A program made the position numbers and the translations under genes. From a virus (taxonomy: Duplodnaviria; Caudoviricetes), in the IMG/VR virus record IMGVR_UViG_3300033074_001674, positions 64,001-128,000 of that record: a stretch of 64,000 nucleotides of DNA. One strand, given 5' to 3'. Below the pieces are notes generated by a model. It was given only the letters and a program-made list of their open reading frames with translations. It was not told where the DNA came from and did no database searches. This document shows, in pieces, positions 55,901 to 64,000 of this stretch. Numbering within the stretch: position 1 is the first letter of the stretch; every line of letters starts with the position of its first letter.

Positions 55901-58900
55901 CCCCTATTATAGTTTTGCTTGCCTCAGCAGATATTTGTCTACGGATAGCTAATTCTCTAGAGAGCGTCCGTTCTTCATCCAACTCAAGAAGATTAATTTT
56001 TCTTTGTATGGCCTCCATCTCTGCCGCAGATGATACTTCGCTCTTTTTAAGTATATTAAGCTGAGATTGTAGTGCTTGCTTTCTACTAACTATTGCATTT
56101 TCTTCAATAGATATTTTTAGTAGCTCTTTTTCGAACTGAAGCGCTACTCTAGATGATATAGCGCCTTCTCTCTTGGCTACTGCAATTTGTTGTTGAGTAG
56201 AAGCTTCCTTTTTAGATGTAGATAGAAGAATCTGGCGACTCTGCTCACTAACTTGAGCCCCTAATGTTCCTGCAACGAATCCAGTTAGTGCAGTTCCTCC
56301 AAATTGTAAGGCTTTTGCAATACCAACTCCTGCCAAGGCAGTCAGAATTCCCTTTAGTACATTCGAACTTTCTGACAATTGAGAAACTAATCTAATGACA
56401 GCAGATAAAGAATTAACGCTTTGTGTTCCAAAATCAAGAATAGATTTGCGCAAATCATTAATGCCCTGGCTGTCGGCAAGTGCGACAAGAGATGTTCTAA
56501 AGCGTCTAAAGGATGCATCTGTTCCTTCTGCAACAACTTGCGCGCCGCCAGAAAGAACTGTCAATTCCTCTATCGCTCTGGAGCCATCTTTGGTAGATTT
56601 TCTAACATCATCTAGTTCTGTTTTTAGCTGAGAATATGCGTTAGCCATAGAGAATATGCCGGCTATTTGGTCTCTATCAACTCCTAAATCTGCAAGTTGT
56701 CTCGCGGCCTCAGTTCTTCCTAAATCTTTAATTGCTTTTAGAAGCTCTTGAAATCCATCTATGCCAGATATAAGACCATCTTCATTAATAATTTCAATGC
56801 CACTTCTTTTTTCAATTTCCTTTCCAAACTGAACAGAAACGCTAGATAGTGTTTTAAGTAACGTTCCTAGCTGTGAAGCATTTCTTGTTCCAGCAATGCT
56901 GCTTATGGTCGCAGCAAATCTTGTTACCTCAGTAAAATCTGCTCCCTGCAAGGCTATAAATGATGGTAAAGCTCTGTTTACTACAGATACAAAATCGTTG
57001 AAATTAAATCTAGCATTAGCGGCTTCTCTTGCTAGATTGGCTGCAAAGACAGCACTGTTTTCAAGGCTTCGAGCAAGTGTATCAGCATCAGGGGATGATT
57101 GTCTAATTGTTTGGAAAAGTCCCTCCACTATATCATCTGTATTTGCAGATTCCCCTTCAATTAGCTTAATAGCCTCAACCGCCTTTAAGAAAGGCGTTGC
57201 CACACCTCCCTCAAATGCAGCAGTTCCAACCTTTTCAGCAGCTAGTGCTGCGTCTTGTATAGCCTTAACCGCCAAGCCTGACCGCTGAGCTTCCTCAATC
57301 AGTCCGGTTATGTTTGCGCCAACCTTCTCCCTAATTAGGGATGTTGCCCTATCAAACGTAGCCACTCCTCCTTCAAGACCTCTAGAAGAAGTTTGGAAGA
57401 ATGCTAATCTTCTTGCAGCAGTATCAACATCTTCTAATGTTCGTGCAGCTTCCTGAAGCGCTATTACTGCTCTAAACAAAAATGTAGATGGCGCTGCCCA
57501 CGCCAACAATCTAGAAGCGGCATCAGAAGTTGCAAAACCAAATTGAAAAGCAGCCTTTGTTCCACTTCTCATGCTGCCAGTCAGCCTATCTACAAGAGCA
57601 GTGCCTTTAGCTATGCTGCCATTGTGTGAGCGCATTGTAACATTTAGTTTTTTGAACGCCTCATCTTGTTGTCTAATTATCCTTATAAATTTTTGAGCTT
57701 GGTCGGATGGCAACGCAGATACTATGCCTGGAGCTTGTGCCAAACTAGTTAATTGTATCGCCCTTTTACCTTTGCCCTTTATATTCTGTTCTTGGAGTTG
57801 TTGATTTATAGCCCGTAATTTTTGTCTTTCAAGTGCTTCAGATTGTTCTTGTATAGAAATAATCCTTCTTCTTAAATCACCCTCCTTTTTTGCCAATACA
57901 AGGTCTTGTTCTATCTCGCGATTTGTCTCTTTTCTAATAGCTTCGGCTTCTCTTGTGGCATCAGATTTGCGTTTTTCTTCAGCTCTTATTCTTTTATTTT
58001 CATCTTGACGTAGAATCCTATCTGTTTCTTCTCTAATTGCCTGGGCCTCTTTAATTCTGGCAGCAGCCACATCTTTGCGTGCATTTTCCTCAGCAATCCT
58101 TTCTTTTTCTATTGCTACTGCTTCTTTAACTCTAGAATTCCTAGTTCGGTCAATCGCCTCAGAGGCTTTTCTCGCACCTGCTAGTGCCGCTTTTTCTTCT
58201 TTAAGTCGCTCATTTTCTATTGCTGCGGCCTCGGCTAATCTGGCAACTCTTTCCTTGTCCAGCTTAATGAATCTTCTGTCAGCTTCTCTCTGAAGCTCCC
58301 TATCAGTTTCCTCTTTAATCGCCTGAGCTTGTTTTAATCTCTCGTTTCTTACTCTATCTATTGCGTCAGATTCTTCTTTGGCTAACCTAAATCTCTTTTT
58401 TGTTTCAGCCTCGAATTCTTTAGCGGTCTCTTGTTCGATTAGAGAAGCTTCTTTTAATCTCTTGTTCCTGATATCATCTATTGATTTGGATTTCTTATCT
58501 GCAGCTCTTTGTAAAATTTTACTTGTTTCTTCTTGAATTAGAGCGGCCTGCTGCTCTCTGAATCTGCGCAAATTATCAATAGCATCAGATTCTTTCTTTG
58601 CTATCTTAATTTTATCTTTAAGTACACGCTCTTCTTCTTTTCTTGAGCTTTCTAATTTTTTAAGAGATTCTTCTGCCACATCTGATGATAGCTTCTTAAA
58701 CGAAGCTTCAACTTTTAATCTCGCTCTAACAATTACTGAATTTAGAGCATCTAGAGATGATTGAATTTTAGTAGGGTCATCTATAGTCAATCTAGCTATT
58801 TCTTGAGCTTCAACTGCAATTTGTCCAGCAAGCTTATCAAATTGGGCCAAAGCTTTTTGTAAAGATTGACCTGCGGCAATGGCACTTGCAGCTATTTCCT

Positions 58901-59426
58901 CTGGAATGAATTTCTTAAAACGCTCCGCTATCTCTATATTAGTCCTACCGACAACAGATTTTAATACATCAAAAGCCTTTCTGCTGTCAGCGATTTGAGA
59001 CTTTAATCTATCAAATTCCTTTTTGTCGGAATCTATAGATGTCTCTGTTTTTTTAATCTGTTTTTCTAAACTTCTAACCTGTTGAGCTGTAGAATCTGCA
59101 GCATCCAATAATCCTTCAAGCTCAGCATTAAGTCTATCAAGTCTAGATGTGCCATCAATAAGCTTTACGGCCTGTTTTGACATTGCCGACTGTAAATTTT
59201 GAGTTTCTTGGTTTAATTTATTCAATATTTGTTTTTGGCCCTGTAGTCTTTCTGCAGGTGCCGAACCAAAAGTGCTCGCCAAAGCAGTAGACACTTTTGT
59301 TCCATCTATCTTAGGAGTAATATTTACCCCAGCAGCCCTAAGCTCGTTCTCTATTTGTTTTTTAATATTGCGTAAAGATTGAGGATTAATCTCAAGGCCA
59401 ACGCTAAATTTAACATCGTCTGCCAA
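52944..59426 (-). CDS. tail tape measure protein
   Basis: 2160 aa, helical/coiled-coil, Ala/Gly-rich hydrophobic glycine-zipper segments; follows the tail tube and chaperone-like genes; TTG start with AGGAG SD. Confidence 0.88.
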   Translation of the reverse strand: MADDVKFSVGLEINPQSLRNIKKQIENELRAAGVNITPKIDGTKVSTALASTFGSAPAERLQGQKQILNKLNQETQNLQSAMSKQAVKLIDGTSRLDRLNAELEGLLDAADSTAQQVRSLEKQIKKTETSIDSDKKEFDRLKSQIADSRKAFDVLKSVVGRTNIEIAERFKKFIPEEIAASAIAAGQSLQKALAQFDKLAGQIAVEAQEIARLTIDDPTKIQSSLDALNSVIVRARLKVEASFKKLSSDVAEESLKKLESSRKEEERVLKDKIKIAKKESDAIDNLRRFREQQAALIQEETSKILQRAADKKSKSIDDIRNKRLKEASLIEQETAKEFEAETKKRFRLAKEESDAIDRVRNERLKQAQAIKEETDRELQREADRRFIKLDKERVARLAEAAAIENERLKEEKAALAGARKASEAIDRTRNSRVKEAVAIEKERIAEENARKDVAAARIKEAQAIREETDRILRQDENKRIRAEEKRKSDATREAEAIRKETNREIEQDLVLAKKEGDLRRRIISIQEQSEALERQKLRAINQQLQEQNIKGKGKRAIQLTSLAQAPGIVSALPSDQAQKFIRIIRQQDEAFKKLNVTMRSHNGSIAKGTALVDRLTGSMRSGTKAAFQFGFATSDAASRLLAWAAPSTFLFRAVIALQEAARTLEDVDTAARRLAFFQTSSRGLEGGVATFDRATSLIREKVGANITGLIEEAQRSGLAVKAIQDAALAAEKVGTAAFEGGVATPFLKAVEAIKLIEGESANTDDIVEGLFQTIRQSSPDADTLARSLENSAVFAANLAREAANARFNFNDFVSVVNRALPSFIALQGADFTEVTRFAATISSIAGTRNASQLGTLLKTLSSVSVQFGKEIEKRSGIEIINEDGLISGIDGFQELLKAIKDLGRTEAARQLADLGVDRDQIAGIFSMANAYSQLKTELDDVRKSTKDGSRAIEELTVLSGGAQVVAEGTDASFRRFRTSLVALADSQGINDLRKSILDFGTQSVNSLSAVIRLVSQLSESSNVLKGILTALAGVGIAKALQFGGTALTGFVAGTLGAQVSEQSRQILLSTSKKEASTQQQIAVAKREGAISSRVALQFEKELLKISIEENAIVSRKQALQSQLNILKKSEVSSAAEMEAIQRKINLLELDEERTLSRELAIRRQISAEASKTIIGGFSGAARRQVGAAIGGVAVTAGLLFSEPIGRKVGEKFGTAVGEGVESGISGGTLGGTLGAAIGSAIAPGLGTAIGAVLGAAISGIASGFSTFESATDRIAKEAKDRAQQLATIEKAAAFERERINAAALEELKTIDNQNKAKLHSIELTKELELLAVDIQEAESKGLQTETLIARQRQKRIALQQTLSSLGEIERFNASETARFEKEIVKAKAESERLSRGIALSQRVAIEQLKQQTQSEFAIEELKISFDRQQIQNELNSLNSQLGAKKDRIQLLEDIGGSSASVVALKEEVEKITEQIATTTQKGIELGADAIIRLQSAAQKDSQRLISAWSGAAKEFVDRFKDIFEIQKKISENLDKESEIRIQIIDLEDFRKKTANSIRFGIDRSIQDIKDALTASLEIIPAKLDETISNFDLQRQSLLRAIPVRGDLTPAGPFAEGPLRGPSLAVQRITNAIGDSIENSIGGNFDFGSDIGGVLIGEISKISAELVRVLSDTSDVASEESQFRKFAIEELVNEANVRAEIAQDVVDLEIKRVQAKAQSERDLINVLQDRANAEKNIIAIEAERAKRLIDDPQTAIKEIRDVISARGIFRNAANVEDPEVAARLISDRIKQLQGKLNFAGIQKLTQGIEAAVQQNIRLSKAFSPEEFRNIALATLGGRGAKTQEAVANIANIDEKISESINKIAGAAGDEKALVKIQTEIQEAVRQLKDARAVGAENQQISIQENLTNALLISSRANESLALLGPALANVAPNLSNVLTNSQYSDGVTRIVDAISRLTVLPQLPLLQDPQQVSAGAQKETTSATKQFANEQAASISKIGEGIINLNESLNQLKSINQEASQRSSEPTKLEIKVPDLQLSPDVARELVDRLVEAQATSLDRTVLALKPVSEKIEELINKGISVNGSNILVEVQAKLDQTINASEELNALFLEIAGGNRAEAERLKTIVLKLLRKESERDPSAVSVFDIESLTSQPFIGPTRQ

Positions 59427-59442
59427 TTATTGCTCCTATTAA

Positions 59443-59482
59443 AAAGGCCATGGATAGTTATAAATTACTATTCATGGCCTTT
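59443..59482 (-). terminator. intrinsic terminator-like hairpin upstream of the tape measure gene
   Basis: 16-bp inverted repeat AAAGGCCATGAATAGT/ACTATCCATGGCCTTT (one mismatch) with 8-nt loop, ending in a U run. Confidence 0.7.
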
Positions 59483-59504
59483 ATTACCCTATTTTATTAA
59501 TACA

Positions 59505-60176
59505 CTATGTATTTTGTGCTTTTCTGGACCGCTTCTTTGGTGAAGCGCTGACGGGTTGCGACTTCTGCATACTGTCTAACCACAAATCTTCAGGATATTC
59601 TTTATTTAAACCTTCTGGTAAATCCCTTCCTAGCGCTAACTCATAATTTACAATAACTGCCTGACGATAACAATCTAATGACAATATATCGTCAAACTTC
59701 TTTCTAAAATCTTCAATATCCTTAAAAACTTTCCGCATGCCATCTTTAAAATAAGAGCATTCTGCGGCATAGAATTGTATTCTAACCTCGGATGCTACAG
59801 ATTCGGCTGTATTGTTGTTTATAGTTGAATAAATAGAAGTAAGTGAATCTAAGTCATCTCTTAGGGACTTTAATTTAATCCTATTAATAGTTCCATCATC
59901 AAAATTAAAGGAATTATCTCTAAATAAAGTCTCCAATTCTGAGATTTGCTTTCTTAGAGATAATTCCTGCTCATCAAGCTCATGTGTCCAAATATTCCTA
60001 TCTTTTAGCAACTTAGACGCTTCTGCATTTGTAAGAAGTCCCTCTCTAATTGCTTCAGAGAAATATTTGCGGAATATAAAATCTCCACGCATTATTTGAG
60101 ACTGGCTGGGTCTTTTAAAGACTAAATCAATTTTATTGCCATCCTTGTCCATCGAAGAAAATTCCCTATCCTTCAC
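59505..60176 (-). CDS. putative tail assembly chaperone
   Basis: Between tube and tape measure; likely GTG start at 60176 after AGGGAGG; paralogous to 60480..61700. Confidence 0.55.
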   Translation of the reverse strand: MKDREFSSMDKDGNKIDLVFKRPSQSQIMRGDFIFRKYFSEAIREGLLTNAEASKLLKDRNIWTHELDEQELSLRKQISELETLFRDNSFNFDDGTINRIKLKSLRDDLDSLTSIYSTINNNTAESVASEVRIQFYAAECSYFKDGMRKVFKDIEDFRKKFDDILSLDCYRQAVIVNYELALGRDLPEGLNKEYPEDLWLDSMQKSQPVSASPKKRSRKAQNT

Positions 60177-60480
60177 AGTCGCCTCCCTTAAGTAGTCTAA
60201 ATTCAATATGATATGGAATATACTCTATATTGTACTTTTCGAGCTCTGCTTCCATATTTCTTATTTGGTCATTGCCATTTCCCAAAATCCTCTTACGAAC
60301 AGCATTCATGAATTTTGCGCGCTCTTCAGGCGTAAAATCCCAATGCGATAATTCTCTCTCGACTGCATCAAGTGCGCCGACGAACGTTCGTTTAATCTTA
60401 TGGCGCATTGCAGCCTTAAGTTTTTCTCGTGAGCCAGCAGAATATTTGTCTGTCTTCTTATCTAAATGTTCCCGTAACAT
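60166..60480 (-). CDS. conserved phage hypothetical protein
   Basis: KI.RTFVGAL..VE and RKRILGNGNDQIR motifs; in the tail module. Confidence 0.6.
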   Translation of the reverse strand: MLREHLDKKTDKYSAGSREKLKAAMRHKIKRTFVGALDAVERELSHWDFTPEERAKFMNAVRKRILGNGNDQIRNMEAELEKYNIEYIPYHIEFRLLKGGDCEG

Positions 60481-61700
60481 TAAACTCTCCTGCCTGAGAT
60501 GGTGCCGCCTGGCAGTAGCTTATCTACATGTTTATGCGGCAGACCATCTCTTCCTCTCTTGATTGAAATAACAGCATCATTTGAGCCTATTACACGCCGC
60601 GAATCATTATCTGACCGCAAGTCTTCCTCATTAATATAGCCGCCAGCCTGCCTTATCTTCCTGTCCTGATGAGCTAAGAATTTCTTGCTCAGCTCGTTGT
60701 TTAATTCAGATATTTCTTGTTTAGATGGAAGTTTGTTATCTACAACTAGCCGCGGGTCATTAACTGGCCCAAGGCCTCCCTCAGTTACAACAAATATCTC
60801 TCCATGTCTACTTATCCTGTCCGAAATTCCGCTGCGCCTTCTAGCGTGTTTATCTGCATAAGTCTTTTTGGCCTCAGCATTTGCCTTTTTAGATTGACTG
60901 TCAAGCCATTCGTCTAATTTTTCATCATCATCTATAACTTCCTGTGGAGGCCTCTCATAAGCATCATATACACTATCATATATTTGTGACCAATAAACCA
61001 ACATAGTCTGCTCATCGGAGAGGTCAAGAACGCTTTTACCAAAAAGATTATCAATAGATTTTGCCGCTAACCATTTATGTCTCCACTGGCCAGAACGAGC
61101 AATCGCTCGCAATTCTTTTATAGTTATTTCTTTTGGTTTGTTGAATGTTATTTCTTTTATTAAATTATCTATGAATTTAGTATCCTGGAACTCGCTAAAA
61201 TGCTTCCACGTCCTCCATAATTTTTGACCTTCTTCATCTAGAATAGATATGTAAATAAATGCTTTAACTTTAGATTCTTCTGCATATCGCTCTGCGCTTG
61301 TAGATAACAGCATTGCTCTTTTACTTGAAAGCTCATTTAATTGAGATAAGATTGAATCTCTTAATTTAGATAGCTTTCTATCTTCTCTCTTAGATGCCCC
61401 ATCAATCCTGGATGGAATTTTATCTAATTCATCTTTTAGAGTCTTTATTAGATTGTCATCAGATTTGGTCCAGATTTCTTTTTGGCCCAAATCTTTTAAT
61501 ATTTCCTGTTCCGTCATTAGACCATCTCTAATGGCCCTGTCTAATTCCAAATTATAGATATAATCTATCCACGCGCGAGCCTTTGGCGTTATTGGCTCTA
61601 CCATCAATATTTGTTCTATTCCTTCACCATCTTGCACACAGATGAAGCGGCGGCCATAACCTATGCGGGCTATGGCCGACTCAATTTGTTCTGGTGTCAA
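60480..61700 (-). CDS. putative tail assembly chaperone (long paralog)
   Basis: Directly after the tail tube; likely TTG start at 61700 after GGAGAAGG; LRAIARS..W, YDSVYD..ERP..EVIDDD..LD.W. Confidence 0.55.
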   Translation of the reverse strand: MTPEQIESAIARIGYGRRFICVQDGEGIEQILMVEPITPKARAWIDYIYNLELDRAIRDGLMTEQEILKDLGQKEIWTKSDDNLIKTLKDELDKIPSRIDGASKREDRKLSKLRDSILSQLNELSSKRAMLLSTSAERYAEESKVKAFIYISILDEEGQKLWRTWKHFSEFQDTKFIDNLIKEITFNKPKEITIKELRAIARSGQWRHKWLAAKSIDNLFGKSVLDLSDEQTMLVYWSQIYDSVYDAYERPPQEVIDDDEKLDEWLDSQSKKANAEAKKTYADKHARRRSGISDRISRHGEIFVVTEGGLGPVNDPRLVVDNKLPSKQEISELNNELSKKFLAHQDRKIRQAGGYINEEDLRSDNDSRRVIGSNDAVISIKRGRDGLPHKHVDKLLPGGTISGRRV

Positions 61701-61746
61701 ATCCTTCTCCGCCCACATTAGTGGGCCAAATCAGCCAGCCTGAATA

Positions 61747-62889
61747 TTAAGTGAAAGTTCTATGTGTAATAGTTAGGTCGTTAAAGTTCTGGTAGTTATA
61801 CGTAATGGTCATGTTGCCGCCGCCGGCCTCACCACCGCCCATCTCGACGCTAGTCAATCTGTTCTTGGTGCCAAGGTTCAATATAAGACCATCACAAATT
61901 TCCAGAATGATTTCCTCATTGACGGTGTTCTGCTGTCTTGTGCAGCCAAGGTCATCGAATGCAACCGCATTCACGAAATCTCCCTGAGAGGTAATAACCT
62001 CTATAGAGCACGAAACCTCAATCGGGAATGTAACGAACTTGGTGAAGGGGCGCTTCTTGCCCAGCTCGAAGATATCCTCTCTACCAAGGTCAGTTGAGAC
62101 GGTAATTGTCTGGAGGTGCTCAACAATTCCTTCTAGTGTCCCAGAAGAAGAAACGCCTGGAATTTGGACTGGCAAACGGCAGCGGTCCAATCGCAAACTC
62201 TCGCGTCTCTGAATACCAGAACCGATTGTTCTGGCATCTTCGAGGTTCTCGAATTGAGTTCCAGAGGGGAAACCAACTGGAACCGCATCTGTGCCAATTA
62301 GGAAACCTGTAGCTCCTGTAGCTGCTGGGAACTGGTCAGCGGCACCAGTCACGCCCTCAAAATCTGCCCAAATCTTATCGTTTCCAACTAGAGTAATTGA
62401 CTCTGTAAAGTTACCATCAACTGGGAAGGTATAGGTTACAGAGCTCAAATACATGCCTGAGCCAAGCATCATAGAGATTGGCTCACCGGTTGCACGAGTT
62501 TTAGTGTCAGAATAAATCATTACAGCCACATCTGTCTTGTATGTGGCAGTTCTATCGGTCAATGACGTAGCACCTCTGCTGGTGGTCATAAACCATAGAG
62601 GCTTAGTGCCGTCAAGAACCTTTTCGATTGTAAATTCAATCTCTGGCTCTGACTCAATGAACTCATAAATTTCGAGCTGGCCTAGTTCGAACACCTGCTC
62701 AAAGTTAAATGTGGTGGTCGCGCCAACGGACTGAACTCCTCGCGCCACCTCCCAAATTCGGGTGTTTTTAAAGCCGGTTGGAACAACATCGACGCCCGGC
62801 TGAATTACAACTACCTCATTGGTAGCAGGGGCACTATTGTCTTTAAAAGCAACGCTGTGGATAGCGTAGTATACGCGATTATTTGCCAT
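61747..62889 (-). CDS. major tail tube protein
   Basis: GVQSVG.TT.F..EQVFELGQLEIY repeated as LQTI.VSTDLGREDIFELG; codon bias consistent with high expression; position before chaperones and tape measure. Confidence 0.75.
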   Translation of the reverse strand: MANNRVYYAIHSVAFKDNSAPATNEVVVIQPGVDVVPTGFKNTRIWEVARGVQSVGATTTFNFEQVFELGQLEIYEFIESEPEIEFTIEKVLDGTKPLWFMTTSRGATSLTDRTATYKTDVAVMIYSDTKTRATGEPISMMLGSGMYLSSVTYTFPVDGNFTESITLVGNDKIWADFEGVTGAADQFPAATGATGFLIGTDAVPVGFPSGTQFENLEDARTIGSGIQRRESLRLDRCRLPVQIPGVSSSGTLEGIVEHLQTITVSTDLGREDIFELGKKRPFTKFVTFPIEVSCSIEVITSQGDFVNAVAFDDLGCTRQQNTVNEEIILEICDGLILNLGTKNRLTSVEMGGGEAGGGNMTITYNYQNFNDLTITHRTFT

Positions 62890-62986
62890 TTTAAATCCTC
62901 TTCTCCCAGCTACTTAAGTTTTTCAGCCCTTGTTTGGAATCTCAAAGCAATATTATGCTTCATTCATCTAAGTAAATACACCATAG

Positions 62987-63913
62987 CTAGAAATTCGGGT
63001 AAACTCTAATTGTAAAGTTAATACGGCTCCGCTCGATATTCATTAGAGGGGGGACCTGAACAAGTCGTAACTCATCTATATATATGCGCTTATAAAAATG
63101 TTCTCCCCATTCGTTCGCCAAATTACCATAGCTAGTATACGAAGGATTCTTATCCCCATAAAAATCAAGTGGTTGTGGAGCAGTATTAAAATCTATTCCA
63201 ATTAATACAACATGTTCTTGCTGAGATATCAAATCATTTAATGTATCTAGAAGATATGGTTCTCTTGTCCATATCTGGAATGCGCCATTAAGAACGGCCA
63301 CATTTGATGCAGAACCAAGCTCGTATGCGTCATTCTGCCTTCCAACCATATTAATTAGGACCATTGGCAAAGTGCGCTGATTTTTTGTTGGATATGATAA
63401 CACTCCTGTTTGATATGGATTATCTTTATGAGATGTTTCTATATATAGGTCTTTGCTCTCGTTCTCATACGAATTTGCAAATTCAACTGTTACAGTTTTA
63501 TGACTGAATGCAACTTGCATTCCGCTGCTTGTAGAAAGAGGAGTATCTAAGATTACGCGTCCATTTGGAAAATCAAAGTGATGAGATAATGCGGCCACAT
63601 ATTGTGGATGTGAAGAATCTTGGGGATAGAATGTGCCTGCCACGACTATTCCAGTTGGCAAAATAGGAGGAACTATGCCAGTATCGCTAGGGATTATTCC
63701 ACTTTCATGAACCCAAGATTTGAAATGGCTTTGCCATACGCACCCATCTGCGAAATCCTCGTCTGACACCGGAGTTAGCTGGCTAAGGTCTTGACCGTAG
63801 ATATCTGTTTCTCCTAAAGATATTGTGTGAAATAGTCCATCCTTTAAAAAAAGGTCATTTAGCCATAGGTCCAAATTACTTTTAACTATAGATGTTACTC
63901 TTTGTCTAGACAT
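62987..63913 (-). CDS. putative neck/tail completion protein
   Basis: Immediately upstream of the tail tube; LP.V.I...YELGS...beta-sandwich pattern like tail terminators. Confidence 0.5.
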   Translation of the reverse strand: MSRQRVTSIVKSNLDLWLNDLFLKDGLFHTISLGETDIYGQDLSQLTPVSDEDFADGCVWQSHFKSWVHESGIIPSDTGIVPPILPTGIVVAGTFYPQDSSHPQYVAALSHHFDFPNGRVILDTPLSTSSGMQVAFSHKTVTVEFANSYENESKDLYIETSHKDNPYQTGVLSYPTKNQRTLPMVLINMVGRQNDAYELGSASNVAVLNGAFQIWTREPYLLDTLNDLISQQEHVVLIGIDFNTAPQPLDFYGDKNPSYTSYGNLANEWGEHFYKRIYIDELRLVQVPPLMNIERSRINFTIRVYPNF

Positions 63914-64000
63914 TTAACACTCTTCTAATCACTTCTCTAAAATCTTTTCTAAAGTTTTGACTAGAGAGTCTGCGTTTAATGGCAGTTCCAATTTTAGGAA
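63906..64000 (-). CDS. 3' end of an upstream gene (partial)
   Basis: Frame ...PKIGTAIKRRLSSQNFRKDFREVIRRVLNV* overlapping the next start. Confidence 0.4.
   Translation of the reverse strand, partial: PKIGTAIKRRLSSQNFRKDFREVIRRVLNV

Noticed and set aside
60166-60206. Programmed frameshift between chaperone-region ORFs
   Set aside because: The overlap is explained by a GTG start at 60176 with a strong AGGGAGG SD
61711-61726. GCCCAC-TAAT-GTGGGC hairpin after the tail tube gene as a terminator
   Set aside because: No U-tract follows; at most an mRNA-stabilising stem. It does suggest that the ATG at 61718 is not the true start
1-64000. Plus-strand ORFs in the ORF track
   Set aside because: All are short shadows antisense to well-supported minus-strand genes and lack recognisable motifs
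1-64000. Genome-wide stop-codon reassignment
   Set aside because: Genes are full-length in the standard code, and TAA, TAG and TGA all end genes with tight coupling to the next start

Overview
This is a 64-kb segment of a large tailed dsDNA bacteriophage genome. It is probably a long non-contractile-tail (siphovirus-like) phage; the host cannot be determined from this window. Essentially every gene is on the minus strand and tightly packed. In transcription order (right to left) there are four blocks. (1) Tail module, ~42.3-64 kb: tail completion-like protein, internally duplicated tail tube protein, two paralogous chaperone-like proteins, a 2160-aa tape measure, and large Ser-Gly-rich tail tip/fibre proteins. 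(2) Replication/nucleotide module, ~28.3-42.2 kb: RecA, DnaB, primase, HAD nucleotidase, DUF5664 dNTP diphosphohydrolase, intein-containing ThyX, Fe-S PD-(D/E)XK exonuclease, dUTPase, SSB, and a DnaE polymerase split into two separate genes with no intein. (3) A ~20-kb glycosylation island, 8.3-28.3 kb: about 12 glycosyltransferases (9 GT-A-like, 3 GT-B) plus nucleotide-sugar enzymes (SDR epimerase/dehydratase, RmlC-like cupin, RmlD-like reductase, WecB/WbjD-like 2-epimerase), with an intein-interrupted UDP-glucose dehydrogenase further downstream. (4) Small accessory genes: DNA methyltransferase, pyrimidine-dimer glycosylase, SLOG, DUF4326, HNH endonuclease. The best candidates for novelty are a self-contained virion glycosylation system whose substrates may be marked by Ser-Gly sequons in the tail proteins, the intein-less split DnaE, and an unannotated 107-codon gene with a single in-frame UGA followed by a hairpin (possible selenoprotein or readthrough). 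No tRNA, rRNA or CRISPR array was seen. All family assignments are by motif recognition, not database search.
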